Shown in pieces: positions 51,301 through 63,198 of a stretch of DNA of 64,000 nucleotides. Under the pieces are notes generated by a model that had not been told where the DNA came from, did not search any database, and saw only the letters and a list, made by a program, of their open reading frames with translations. The first letter of the stretch is position 1. Every line of letters starts with the position of its first letter. Origin of the DNA: Octopus sinensis (lineage: Eukaryota); contig NC_042997.1 of the NCBI RefSeq assembly GCF_006345805.1, positions 162,192,001 through 162,256,000 of the forward strand, written 5' to 3'. A program made the position numbers and the translations under genes.

Positions 51301-54300
51301 AACACCCTTGATCAGCTGAATCTGCAATCCAACTTTGGAGAAGCTATTTATTTCTCCAATAAGACATTTTTGAAAACCATGTAAGTCACATTTCCTCTCT
51401 CATCACTTTGACACCTTGGTCTATGAGGTCATGAGTTCAATTCCTGAGAGCATGTTGCATCCTTCAGCAAGACACTCTATTTCATGTTGCTCCAATTCAT
51501 GCAGCTGGCAAAAATGAGTTGTACTGTAATTCAAATGTCCAGTCTTGTCACATTCTGTGTCACACTGAATCTTCCTGAGAACCAGGTTAAGGGTATGCAT
51601 GTCTTTGGAGTGCTCAGCCATTTGCACATTAATTTCATGAGCAGGTTGTTCCACTGACCGGATCAATGGAACACACATTGTAACTGATAGAGTGCCACTA
51701 CAGAGGGAACCATAACTGAAAATTAGCTATTAACTCATTAAACTTTGACTATGAGATATTTTAAGATAATTAAAGTCACTACACACTTGTGCTGAGATAT
51801 TTCACATAAGTATTATACTTAATGACAGCTCAATGAAATAACTCAATCCACTCTTCCTTTAAAACTTTAGCTATCATGATAATTTATTATATTAATTGAT
51901 CAAATTTTTTTTACAATAGTTATTAAAAATGTGACATCTGACAAACCAAATGCTACAAAGCTTCAGAAGACAAATTTGCAAGTTTTATCATTTAGGCTAT
52001 GAGAAAAAGAAAAAAAAAAAAAGAGAAAAGAAAAGAAAGTACTGCAATTTTTTTAAATGCTTTCAGATGTAGGTTGTTATAAAAAGAAGAAAAAAACATA
52101 CAAAACACAACCATAAAACTAATTACATATTTTCACTTTATGAGTTAGAATAACTAAAATCTTATTTATATATTTATAAGAATTACAATGTTAAAAAAAA
52201 GATAAGTTTATATAATAAATATATACAAAAAGCACTAACCTCTTTGAATATCTTTAAACATAACCAAAAATTCAGAATCATCTTCAAAACGGATAAAACA
52301 TTTACAAGCTTTGTCATCTACCTGCAAAATAATTAAATTTTAAAGCCTTTCACAGTAAAATAATTGTATTGATTTCATTTGGATAATTTCTGAAGTTAGA
52401 AGAAAGAATGATGCTAATCTCAGAATTTGAGAACTGGCCTAAATTACTTACACTAGACTGGAAAGTATCAAAGGTATCTAAGTACCAGGTGATGGATTAA
52501 GTCTACCACTAAAGAACAGGAAGTTTCTGTGACCAACTTCCACATAGTTTTTGCTTACCAAATTACACTCACAGGACTTGTGCCAACCTGAGATCATGGT
52601 AAAAGACACTTGCCAAGGTGACATGCAATGGTATCAAGTCTAACCACAAGGCCAGTGCACTGAAATGATACCATCATATCCCAGTTATGTATAGATTATG
52701 CAAAGATGAAAGCAAAGTTAACTTGGGAGATGTGTAAAAAAAAAACAAAAAAAAAACGTTGAAACTAAATACTCGCTAGACATGCTAGCATTTCCTCATG
52801 TAGTAATATTATGTATTTCTTACACAGGCTTTGTGCCTGTGTAAGTTAGCAAACTAGAGTGACCCTCATTTGGTACTTATATATTTCATCAACATTGGAA
52901 GAATGAAAGACAAAGTCAATATATATATATTTTTGTAGAGAGATTGAACAGGAACAGAGTCAGTGTTCTACAGCTGTCTTTTCACTTCATAAATCTTATT
53001 CCATTTATGTTTACAATAGGTTCAGGCATGGCTGTGTGGATAGAAGGTAACTTCCTAACCATACAGTTCCAGATTCAGTTACACTGCACAACACCTTGGG
53101 CAAGTATCTTCTACTATAGCACTGGGATGACCAAAGGCTTGTGAGTGAGCTTGGTAGATAGAAACTGAAAACCCATTATATATATGTTAGTATGCCTGTC
53201 TTCTTGTCTTGACAATATGATGGAAAATGAATCTGTGTCATTCATTTAAAATGTTCTATGAGAACATGTCTGGTCATGGGGAAATATTACCTTGCTTAGA
53301 AACAAGTGAGAGTTGGCAACAGGATGGGTATCCAGCCATAGAAAAAAAATCTACCCTAATAAACCCTGTCCAATTCATGCAAGCATGGAAAAGTGGATAT
53401 TAAAATAATGAGGATTTAGTAAGATTTGCAAGATGAAATGTCTTAAGTACACTAATATGTTTGGAATATCCTTGTTCAAATATTAAAGACTAATACAAGA
53501 ATATTGTTCATAGTCAGTTTATGCCTTATGCTATTGACCCTTTAGTATTTAAACAAGCCATTAGCCCGAATATTCTGTTTTATGTTCAAGCTGGCCAGAT
53601 CTGAACTCTCACACATACCCTACAATGTCATTCTAAAAATAAATAATTACATCATTGAAATTCTGAAACTACAAGATAATGCATGATCAATTCAAAACAA
53701 TATGAATAAATAAGCATTATATTTAAAAGAGTAATCTGAATGCTAAAAGGTTAAGGAATTCAAACCACTCATGTAGTGATCCCTGACACTAATGATAACT
53801 ATAATTAATGGCCAAATCAAATTCATTCAATTCTTGGCTCCACAATTAATAAACTAAATTTAAATGATACTTTAAAATGTTTAAACAGTTTATTTCTAAC
53901 AGTTTTATAAGCACCCAGTACACTCTGTAAAGTGGTTGGCATTAGCTGTAGAAAATAAGTCAAATCAGGCCGGAACCTGGTACAGTATTCCAGCTCTGGT
54001 CACCCATGCCAGCATGGAAAATGGACATATGATGACTGCAATAAAACATTCTTTATTGGAATAAAGAAATCTAGGTGCAAAGAAGCTCACTTCCCAAACA
54101 TTTGGTACTGGGTTTAACCCCACTACTCGGGCATCTTCTTCTTTAACCCTGAGCTAACCAAAGCCAATGAGTGGATTTGGTAAACAGAAACTGAAAGACA
54201 CCCATTGTGATAGTCATAAAAGATCTTTTGGAAACAAAGCAAGGATTGGCAACAGGAAAGGCAACTATCCATAGAAAATCTGATTCAACCAATTCCATCT

Positions 54301-55692
54301 GACTCATGCAAGCACAGAAAAGTAGATATCATGGAGATGATGATTTATCATCAACTGATGTTTAGCTAATTTCTTTGAAAATAATTAAAACAGCCACTGA
54401 TCTGCATAAACATAGTGGTTACACTTTAGAACTATAAGTTCAAATGTAAATCAATACCTTCAATGAAAGTGTATATTAACCAGCTTAAGAACTCTTTATA
54501 TTACTTATGATTTTGCACTGTTTATGTATATTCTGAATACATATGAATTTTTACCTACTTGCTTTCAGAATTTAGCTTGAACATGGCTCAAAAGGCAGCA
54601 GTAATTATCCTGGATGCCCTGCATAATGCTTTACATTCTACTTGCCAACATGTTCCAATGTGTATAGTTTAGAGACAAAAATACAGGATGTATTCAGGAT
54701 AACATTTTACTTGGTATCAATAAAATACTGAAAGCTCCATTTAGTTTTTTCCAAGCAAAACATACTAAAATTTTAAATAAAATTTTCTTTTTAAAACAGT
54801 TTATACTAAAATTGGGAATGTCATTTGCTAAAGTTACTTTTGAGTAAATGACTGAATGAGTAAAAGAAATATAAAACATATCAATTAGTTTTCATTTCCA
54901 TAATCATAATAAAACAACAGCAATGTGCTGAGGTCAAGTGCTTAAATATTCTATAAAAAAAATCAAATAAATATACTTTTCAAATTGAAATGTAGAGATA
55001 AATTATAATCATTACATCTTACCATTTAATTAGCATGGAAATCAGACGTTAAATGATGATGATGGTAATGAAAATTGAAACCAATTACAGAGGTGTCAGA
55101 AATATATCTCTTACAGAAATAGATCAAAATTCTTTAAAATAAATTTACAATTTATTTTCAACTAATTACAATTAAATTTATAATTAAAATGTTATACCTT
55201 TAAGATATTGCCTAAATAGAAAAGACCATCATTCCATCTGGCAAGAACATCTTGACCAACAGAAAACATCAGTTTCCTTTTATTGTTAGAATTCTTGTTG
55301 TTGCTGTTATCACTTGACTTGAAGTTGACAGGACTGCTGTTGCCACTACTCATACTGCTATTTGTAATGGTATCTGTATCAGATGTGCTTGGAGTAATTA
55401 CTGCACTAGAGACTGGGGTATTGTTACCAATGCTGTTGGTATAGTTGTTGTTAATAGCCTTAAAATGATATTCCATATCCATATCACCATCAGTATCGTG
55501 AATCTTTTTATCTAAACTTGTTTCTCCATTACACAGTTGCTTAGTAACACTAACTGTTGTTCCATCCGAAGACATGTTAGTTGAAGAAGCAACAGGGGAC
55601 AGAGAAACATTTAATCCATCACTATTAGAGTTAAATTCTTCATTAGCTGCATCACTGCAACCATCCAAATAGCAACAACCATTGCTGGCCAT
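29797..55692 (-). CDS. MTF2: Polycomb-like protein (Pcl; MTF2/PHF1/PHF19 family PRC2.1 accessory subunit), 15 coding exons, about 731 aa
   Basis: Manual splice: complement(join(29797-30324,31690-31759,33385-33549,35868-36023,36693-36760,38857-38980,40658-40769,41223-41275,42741-42817,44002-44042,44578-44608,45811-45911,50396-50488,52240-52321,55198-55692)) = 2196 nt, all introns GT-AG, phases consistent, no internal stop. Domains: Tudor ([16 protein letters not shown]...FEDDSEF), PHD1, PHD2 ([33 protein letters not shown]), EH/winged helix, C-terminal FHVLARR...QYLIQWDG. A single invertebrate Pcl would be co-orthologous to MTF2/PHF1/PHF19, so the symbol is nominal. Confidence 0.96.
31690..31759 (-). 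CDS. MTF2: Pcl exon 14: basic, bipartite-NLS-like
   Basis: gtatag|[24 protein letters not shown]|gtatgt; converts phase 2 to phase 0 as the last exon requires. Confidence 0.85.
33385..33549 (-). CDS. MTF2: Pcl exon 13: Ser-rich linker (phase 2-2, 165 nt)
   Basis: Long polypyrimidine tract, cttcag|[54 protein letters not shown]|gtaaat; open in the required frame, but I recognise no homology. Confidence 0.75.
34786..35094 (+). mobile_element. tRNA-derived SINE (family D), well preserved
   Basis: ggcgcatggctcagtggttagag A-box, gagttcgattccc B-box, core ttgtgttcttgagcaagacactttatttcacgttgctccag. Relatives at about 23560-23770(-), 31265-31560, 49270-49450, 51410-51690, 63670-63920(-). Confidence 0.85.
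35518..35698. repeat. Perfect inverted repeat: 84-bp arms, 13-nt loop
   Basis: 35518-35601 is the exact reverse complement of 35615-35698; loop tgttttttatgtg. Confidence 0.95.
35868..36023 (-). CDS. MTF2: Pcl exon 12: winged-helix W1 loop
   Basis: ataaag|[51 protein letters not shown]|gtgagt; 156 nt. Confidence 0.94.
36693..36760 (-). CDS. MTF2: Pcl exon 11: EH/winged helix
   Basis: tgttag|[23 protein letters not shown]|gttaat; 68 nt, phase fits both neighbours. Confidence 0.88.
37150..37950 (+). pseudogene. Decayed RTE/BovB-like LINE ORF2 C-terminal fragment
   Basis: [10 protein letters not shown] (cf. F.YLGS), AVVAFGK, GIKLSTK, HIKKL, NQEILQ, CYKILC/RYKD-like segments over frameshifts. 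Confidence 0.65.
38857..38980 (-). CDS. MTF2: Pcl exon 10: EH/winged-helix start
   Basis: ttgtag|[41 protein letters not shown]|gtatga; 124 nt. Confidence 0.94.
39155..39275 (-). pseudogene. Degenerate 5S rRNA copy
   Basis: Minus strand atcatactgaaagcactggctcttgtctgatcactgcagttgagcaatgtcaagtctagttagtacttagatgagtgaacacttgagaaaactaggtgatgtaagcc aligns along the recalled metazoan 5S consensus; many CpG>TpG changes. Confidence 0.85.
40296..40535. mobile_element. hAT/Charlie-like MITE
   Basis: Termini cagtgcttctcaaa / tttgagtagcagtg; perfect 8-bp TSD gtttaaat (40288-40295, 40536-40543). Confidence 0.85.
40658..40769 (-). CDS. MTF2: Pcl exon 9: end of PHD2
   Basis: ttctag|[38 protein letters not shown]|gttagt; 112 nt. 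Confidence 0.95.
41223..41275 (-). CDS. MTF2: Pcl exon 8: PHD2
   Basis: ttgtag|[18 protein letters not shown]|gtaagt; 53 nt. Confidence 0.95.
42741..42817 (-). CDS. MTF2: Pcl exon 7: start of PHD2
   Basis: cttcag|[25 protein letters not shown]|gtgagt; 77 nt. Confidence 0.95.
44002..44042 (-). CDS. MTF2: Pcl exon 6 (41-nt short exon)
   Basis: tttcag|[14 protein letters not shown]|gtaagt. Confidence 0.92.
44578..44608 (-). CDS. MTF2: Pcl exon 5 (31-nt short exon)
   Basis: tttcag|[10 protein letters not shown]|gtgagt; matches the conserved RGGALKKGP linker. Confidence 0.92.
45811..45911 (-). CDS. MTF2: Pcl exon 4: PHD1 C-half
   Basis: ctccag|[34 protein letters not shown]|gtgagt; 101 nt. Confidence 0.95.
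46480..48420 (+). mobile_element. Probable highly decayed LINE remnant in Pcl intron 3
   Basis: About 2 kb, purine-skewed and more GC-rich than flanks, with many broken antisense ORFs; no motif could be read with confidence. Confidence 0.35.
50396..50488 (-). CDS. MTF2: Pcl exon 3: PHD1 N-half
   Basis: ttttag|[31 protein letters not shown]|gtaaga; 93 nt. Confidence 0.95.
52240..52321 (-). CDS. MTF2: Pcl exon 2: second half of Tudor
   Basis: ttgcag|[27 protein letters not shown]|gttagt; 82 nt. Confidence 0.95.
53023..53412 (+). mobile_element. tRNA-derived SINE (family A head with RTE-type tail)
   Basis: caggcatggctgtgtgga head; tail ggcaacaggatgggtatccagcc...catgcaagcatggaaaagtggatattaaaataatga. 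Confidence 0.75.
55198..55692 (-). CDS. MTF2: Pcl coding exon 1: S/N/T-rich N-terminus and first half of Tudor
   Basis: ATG in CCACCATGG context; upstream acceptor tttcag puts the exon start at 55721; ends ...[23 protein letters not shown] then gtataa donor. Confidence 0.92.
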
Positions 55693-58600
55693 GGTGGACA
55701 GCAAAAAAAAATCAGAAAGTACTGAAATAAATAAAAACAATATACAGATATCTTATACACAGGTTACGCAAAGATACATTAACAATAAAGAAGTAGAAAT
55801 CAAACACAGGTCAAAGATTAGTGACCAGTATGCTTATGAATGAAATATATTGATTTCTAACTGAGATGAGAACATAAGTTTCTTGAGGTGTATACTCAAT
55901 TGAATCAACTCCAGTGTATTGCTGGTATGTTTATTATGAATTCTGGGGAATGAAAAGCTTAACAGTCCACAGCAAATTTTAAATTAGAATCTAAGACATA
56001 CCAAAACACAGCTATTATTTTGCTTGGCATTTCACAAGTTCTGCCATTCCATATATGGCAGAATGTGCATCTCGAGCAGGATGGGCTACTCAGCCTGAAA
56101 AAAATTCTAACTGGGCCCCACCTGCAAAATCATGTGGCATTTGCTTTGATATGAAATCACCAGGTTGTGATGCATGTGCCTGGTGTACTCTTATCAGACA
56201 GGTAGTCATGATAGTTATGTTGAGCTTCGCATATTTGTTCTCCAGTGTCACTTTGATGGCATGTGCTGCTCTCTCAATAATAAAGCACTATAGATATAAA
56301 CATTGTTTCCCATGTCTCAGTATATTCATAAAACTAGCAAAAAAACTTTCTCATTCTTCTTATGTTATGATACAATATCCATACTCCTGCATAAGTAAAC
56401 TCAAAAATATTTATAAATACCAAAGAACTGCAACACAGTGTATTTTATTAGCTTAATATCTGTGCCACCAAGTAGATTTACCTATAAAATTGCAGGTGTA
56501 AATATTAGTTCCTCTTTAAACACAGTATTTAAAGAGTAGCTAAATGATTTTGCTTTCTTCAAAAGTAATGAGAATTATAAATTCAATTCATAGTAAATAA
56601 AACTGTAGACTAATATTTGACTGGTATAATTTATATTCTCTGTTGGTTAATAAATCTATGTTACTGACAAGCAAGGGCAGCCATAAAAAATAGTATAGGT
56701 GATATATGGCATCAACAGACATTAAGAAAGTAATAGACAGAAAAGATGAGAGCCACTGAAAAAAAAACAGCTGAAAAGAATTATATATTCTTATGAAATT
56801 AGGAAAAAATGCATGATAATGTTTAACAATGGTTTTATTTACATTCTCAGCTGGTCAAGCAGAGACAAACTAGACTGACCATTATAAATAGTACATATAA
56901 GAGGCTTTGATTTTGACATGAAAAATATACACAGAAATGGTAAATAGTATACAAATAATCTGAAGATGAACATCGCATTATGTGTGAAGATTGGATTGTA
57001 GAACAAACAGATCTCATCAGATATCTAGTGTTTATATATTAACACACATGTTTATGCATATATGTGTAATGTGATTCTGTTTAGTATGGAGAAGTATACA
57101 TAATGGTTAAAAAAGTTCAATGCCATTGGTAGAAACGATTATGAATAGGCTAGGGAATCTAAGGGTGGTAAAAGATGGTCTGGTGAGTTCAGGGAAATTA
57201 CTGTGAGAACTTAACAGCAACTCTGCCAGTTGAAGATATAATTAAGGTGACTGTTCTGCATGGTGGTATTTGGCTTGATGATAAAAGCTGTATGCAAATT
57301 GAGAATTTCACAGATAGTCTGCAATATGTTGCTGCTAACTTAGTTGTGATACCCACTACCAGAAATAAGTGTGATTACTGTTATCATTACAGGAGTACAG
57401 CACCTCTAGATTGTGGGTATTCGTCCACTATTCTTAGTTGGGTTAACCACAGGTAACAATAACATCTGGCAAGCTCCTCTGCAATAACCTCGACCAGCAT
57501 CACTTGTTAATGTAACATCAGACTAAGTTACTGAGTGGCCCCAAACGTGTTGGTGTTTGCATAACTGCTAATAAAGTAGGTGTATGAGATGATTGGTTCA
57601 AAGGGTGACGATGAAAGTACATTGCTTGACACCTGTGCTTCTGAGTGGATGAACAGACTGGTGCAGCAAAAAAAAAAAAAAAAGTGGAACGATAGCAGTG
57701 ATATCAACTGGTCTGAAGTTATATTATTCAGAACCTCTATCTTTCATTCATTCATTCATACATGCACATACATAGAGAGAGAGAGATGTATTTCAAAACT
57801 ATTAGTAAATAAATGCATAATTCAAGGCCCGGAATTCAGTATTTTTAAGTGAAATTGTGTCCCTTGTTCATATTGTCATAATTCATTTCACAGAATGATT
57901 TGCAAATATACGTATTAATTCATGTTCAGTTTCACTTCAAGCAACTGTTTTGGAAGCTGTGTATATACTGTGTACAGTATATACACAGTTTTTTTTTTGT
58001 GGGGGGGGGGCATGTATCATGCACGTTTTTATAGCAGTTCCACTTAAATGTAAAAAACAAAAAACTATCAATTTACTTTAAAGCGTTATCAAAGGATTAC
58101 AACTAGAAAAATCCAAGTTCTTTTCAAAAGTTATTTCTCACTGCGTATTTCATATGTAAATAATAAATTATCAAGAGGCACTATTAAAAACGAAGTCAAT
58201 TTATCTAAAGCTCATCACTGCATGATTTAGCTATGGAGGAACTGAAATCAGCATTGCAAATAGCCATAACTACATCATAAATATTAGTATTACTGCTTAG
58301 AACTTTTTCAGTTGTCATTCTACAAAGGCATATTGGAGTACTTCTCACATTAATAAAGTGGAGTTGCTTCTACACACAAACTTCTTAGAAAGGAATCCAA
58401 AAATGTCATCTAACTGTCTGGCAGATATTTGCCAACAACCATTAAAAATGTGCAGTTCTTTTGCAACTAAAATAACCTTTGCCCATCTGATGTAGCTAGT
58501 TTTCTGCAGTTTTGATGTACCTATCTCTGCTCCTTTCACCATATTATTTCTCATTTTCCATGTCTTGCACTAAACATGTCACCCAATCCTTTTGTTAGAA

Positions 58601-59016
58601 CCGCTCCTCTCAATCAAACTGCAGACACTGAGTTAGTACAAAGCTTCAAACTAAGCATCAACATTCATCAATCTCAATAATCTCCAAGGGCCCTTTAATG
58701 TCATAATATTATCTAACACTATAACAAATAATCATTTCTAAAATACTTCTCAGCAAAAAAAAATCTACTCTTAACAAATTTCTAACCAGAGCACTGATAT
58801 AGCATGAGGTGTAATAGTGCTTTAATCTAACAAGTTAAATAAACAACACAATAAGGTAATAAGACTGTATACATAAATTGTATTTGTTGAATATTACCTG
58901 ACAAGTAATCTTTAAAAAAAAATTGACTCTTAATCTTTGTTAACACTCGTAACTGGAATGACAAGCTATTGTCCATAAATATGCATGTCTGTGTGAATGT
59001 AGGCAGTGACAAATTA

Positions 59017-60091
59017 TGAGGGTCACCTGAAAAGTTCATAGGCTAACCAAGATATTCTCATGAAATGACTAAATAAAGTTATTTTCAATGTAATCCTCCT
59101 CATGGTCCATACACTTCTATCAGTATTGCATTGCTTGGATCCCATTGGTGAAGAAACTTTCATCATGTTGGTTAAAGAAGTCATTAACAGCAGGTATGAC
59201 ATCATCATCACTATGATACTACTTCCCATGTTAGGGAACAGGTGATAGTGAGATGGAGCCAAATCAGAATAGGAACAGTGATCAACAGTGATGCATAGCT
59301 GCCATTGAAAGCAATGATTTGTGTACTGGAGCTTAAATGATGAAACAAGAGCCCTTTCATCACTTTTCCTGGGTGTTTGGTTTTGATGGTGTGGTCAATA
59401 AACACAAAGCCTTTTGTATCCCAAAAAAACCAAGACCATCACCTTTCCTGCAGATGAAACGACCTTGGCCTTCTTGGAGCAGGTGAGAAGGAGTGTTTCC
59501 ACTGCATGAATTCTCTTTGTCTCTGGCTCAAATGTTGAACTCAACACTCATCATGAATCAGGAAACCAACAGGATCTGTCTCCAACAATGTCTGGTTTTT
59601 CCAAGATGTGATCAGCTTGATGCACTTTTGATCAGGTGTCAGAAAATGTGACATCCACTGAGCAGAAACTTTTGTCATGCCAAGTACATTGTGCAGAATA
59701 TTCTCATCTCTATTGGGATATGCTAACAACATTGGCTATTTGATTTATAGTCAATTGTTTGTCATCCATCACCATGTGATGGACACAATAAATATTTTCC
59801 TAAGAGGTGACAGTTGTAGGACATTCAGACATCATCTTCAAAACTATCCTTTCCCTTCCTAAATCCAGCTGCCCACCTTTGCAATGTTGATAAAGCTGGA
59901 GCATCTTCCCCTAATGTAGCAAGCATGTCCAACACCACAATGCCAACTTTTGTCATTTTCAAGAGAAGTTACTACTAGTTATTTTTGAAGTCTTCTTCAA
60001 ACAGTCAGATGTCAGTTTAATGAATGCAAGATTTCAAAGCTCTAGCATCACTCCTTCATAGTCAGCCTATGAACTCAACAGTACACCCTTG
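59017..60091 (-). mobile_element. Mariner element (Himar1/Hsmar2-like), transposase pseudogenised
   Basis: TIRs tgagggtcacctgaaaagttcataggctaac / gtcagcctatgaactcaacagtacacccttg with TA on both sides. Motifs TKVSAQWMSHFLT (cf. KVSARWVPHLLT), HDEC* (first Asp region), APSHYHLFP (cf. APSDYHLFP) split over ORFs 59541, 59211 and 59023. Confidence 0.9.
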
Positions 60092-60599
60092 TATGGGAAG
60101 GAGTATTTTCATTGTAATAATTTAGCCATTTCTTCATATTCTGCAGTTAAATTGTAGAAAATTGTGTATGTTATGAATTGTAGAAAGACTTTTGCACTAA
60201 GTTTTACTAAGCCTGACTATAACATTAGCATTAAATTAAATTCTTAAACAGTCTATTCATGAGGAAATCTAAATGTTGATTGTGTAACAAAATATTCATT
60301 TACACTGAGCTAAATGAATGAACACTCAACTAAGATACAACTGGACACTGCTGCAACATGTTAATTCCACTTTCATTGTTAAAGTTACCAAATTTTTTGA
60401 TAAGCATTTAAGTTCTTATGACAGTTCAGAATAAGAGATAGCTGGCACTACAACAAATACTAATATGTGTATACCTGTATGAAGGTGTTAAGAATGTATT
60501 ACCAATTGTTTGGCTCAAAAATGGTAGATTAAGAATGTGTGCTGATTACAAGGTACATTTAAGTAACAGGACTCAAACTTTCTTGTTCAAGTCATCATG

Positions 60600-62700
60600 A
60601 AACAGTGTTTACAGATATGCAAAGAGAAAAATTATCTTCAATAGATAGAAAAATGCATGGTAGCAGACTGATGTGGATGAGGGCCCTTAAGAGATGGTGT
60701 GCAATAAATACAAGCAAGTGGTCTTAGTCAATTTAGGTTTCAAAATAGCTGTCCCATTGGAGTCTATACTGAAGAGAATAAATGGCATATTTACCTATCA
60801 AAATGGTATGTTTCTTTTAGCAGCAACCTAGCATTAAGAATAGAGGAAATGCAATTATTGCTATATGGAAAGGAGCCAGTGTATCAATTAATCTAATGAA
60901 ATACATTAAAATTATGCATTTTCCAGAGATTTCCAAGGAATGAATTTTCTAAGGTTGAGATAAAATTATTATATAGTCATGAGAAGATCCTAAAAGATGA
61001 AACTGAGAAATTTAGGGTTGATAATCTATCTTCATTTTATACTAATATTTGCAGACAGCTGAAGCTCTTATTACAGCAAAAAAATATATTTACTTATGAG
61101 AAAACAAAAATATTTAGCCTCGAAGTTTTTCATACCAGAGATCAATCATCAACTATTGTAATTAATTTTTTCAAAAGAGAGTGATTCTTCTAGAAAGTTT
61201 CTCAGGATCCACAGATGGGACTTTATATTATTACATGAATTCAAATCATTCATATATCTGGTGAAAATCAATCACCATATTTACATTGATCTTCTTACAT
61301 GACTAAATATGACTCACATCAGTTCTTCACAAAAACATATTTTCACACTGGTGATGATGGATTAATTTTCCTGATGCTAATACAGCTGAATATATTAAAA
61401 GTAATTTTAACATATACAACCTTTATATTCACATAAAGAACTTCATTGCTAGAAAAAGTAGCTCCCGACTAACTCTTTTAGAACAATAATTGAAAGACTT
61501 CACAGCAGAGAATTATCCTACTTTTAATAAAAATAGGCTACTTATTGTGCAAAAGTTCTTTCTACAATTCATAACATACACACAAATACTTAAGAAAGCA
61601 ACAGCTTGTGTTTGGTGAATCTATTTTAGTTGAATTTTATCATAATTTGTGACTAACATGCTAAAATCAGATTTAAAGGCACTCCTTGGTCTGGCAAATG
61701 GTCTGAGTCACAGACTTGGAAAAATTACATATAGCCTGGAGATGTAAAAGAATGATGATAATATATTGGTCATAACTGACTCACCTATTGTTCCAGTAGA
61801 GGATAGGAAAACTGAGGTGCTGATTTTTTGTTTACCCCTTCGATTTGGAGTTCCAATGACAATGCTAGCATAAAATGGGTTGGAATTTATTCAAAGGAGT
61901 GATTTTCTGATGCTCATACAGTTGAATATATTAAAAATAATTTTAACATATAAAACCTTTATATCAACATAAAGAACAGGATTGCTAGAAGAAACAGCTC
62001 CAGACTAACTCTTTCAAAACAATAACTTACAAGACTTCACTGCAGAGAATTATCCTACCTTTAATAAAAACAATTAATCCTGAAACTTATTGTGCAAAAG
62101 TTTTTTCTACAATTCATAACACATGCACAATGACTTAAGAAAGCAACAGCTTGTGTTTAGTTGAGTTTTATACATAACTTGTGAATAGTATGCTAAAATC
62201 AGATTTGAAGGCACTCCTTGTACTGATAAATGGCCTGAGTGACACAGACTTGGAAAAATACATATAGCCTGGAAATGTTAAAAACATGAGAATATATTGA
62301 TCATAGTTGACTCAGCAACTGTTCCAGTAGAAGCTAGGAAAACTAAGGTGCTTATTTTTCATTTCTCCCTAGATTTCAGGTTCCAATGACAATGCTAGTA
62401 TACAATGAGTTGGAATTAATTCAATTAAAGGAGTGAATAGACTGACATAATTGCAAGAAAATGGAAATTATAGTTAAAAATTTAATGGTGCAGTAGAAAG
62501 AACAATGAAAGCAATAAAAATAAACATTGAAAGTTTTCAATTTGTAGACATACTATGTGCAAGTATCGTTAAGTGAGAAATTAGTTGATAGTTAACAAGG
62601 TTGGCCAAATGGTTCATTACAGGAACAATATAATGGAGTTTCCATTAGAAACGTGTTATTTAATCCATGCTGGTAGAAGCATAGTCTGAATTAGATGTCA
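60600..62700 (+). mobile_element. Decayed Ty3/Gypsy pol fragment (RNase H - integrase); outer boundaries approximate
   Basis: INHQLL*LIF (cf. TDHQPL..IF, 61141), RIHRWD (cf. RIQRWA), DLLT*L (cf. DALSRL), VLSTIHNIH, GKWSESQTW, EKLHIAW, NILVITDS, RFGVPMTMLA*NGLEF (cf. RFG.P..I.SDNG.EF, 61841). Confidence 0.7.
61365..62435 (+). repeat. Direct tandem duplication, two units of about 535 bp
   Basis: Unit 1 61365-61901 and unit 2 61902-62435 both run from attttc(c)tgatgct to aaaggagtg, colinear with scattered substitutions and indels. Confidence 0.92.
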
Positions 62701-63198
62701 ACATTGTTTTCCCATCCACTTTCTCATGCTCATGAAGATTGGATGAACTTTGTTGAGATTGACTTTCAACAACAGGATGCACCTACTGCTGACAACCCAC
62801 TCCTGTTTCTGAGTCAGGTAATATTTTCTCTTGGCTGGAGATGTTTTCAAAATGATTGGAAATGAAGGACACCCCTTGCATGATGGTTTATAACTATCAT
62901 GCATTAACACACACAAAGGAATCTCTAAGGAATTCAGAAGCCACAAAGATATAATGACTATTACAGTTTAACTGTTAAGGTTAGATTAATATATTTAGTG
63001 TTCTAACAACTTACTTATTTCATTCGCTAACACACACACACAGCATTTAACACTCTACCTTATGTGGTTAGTTATTCAAATTCCTAATACTAGCCTCAAT
63101 GACCTAAAACTATTTAGTTTTAATACAAATCAACCTTTGTCAAAAATGAACTCTATTAATTGTAAATTTAAACTGACTGAAGTTAAAAACAAAGTTAA

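Noticed and set aside
55693-55740. ORF-track N-terminus MFLFISVLSDFFLLST of ORF 55192..55740
   Set aside because: It begins at a non-ATG codon in the intron's polypyrimidine tract. The acceptor is at 55722 and the Kozak-context ATG is at 55692.
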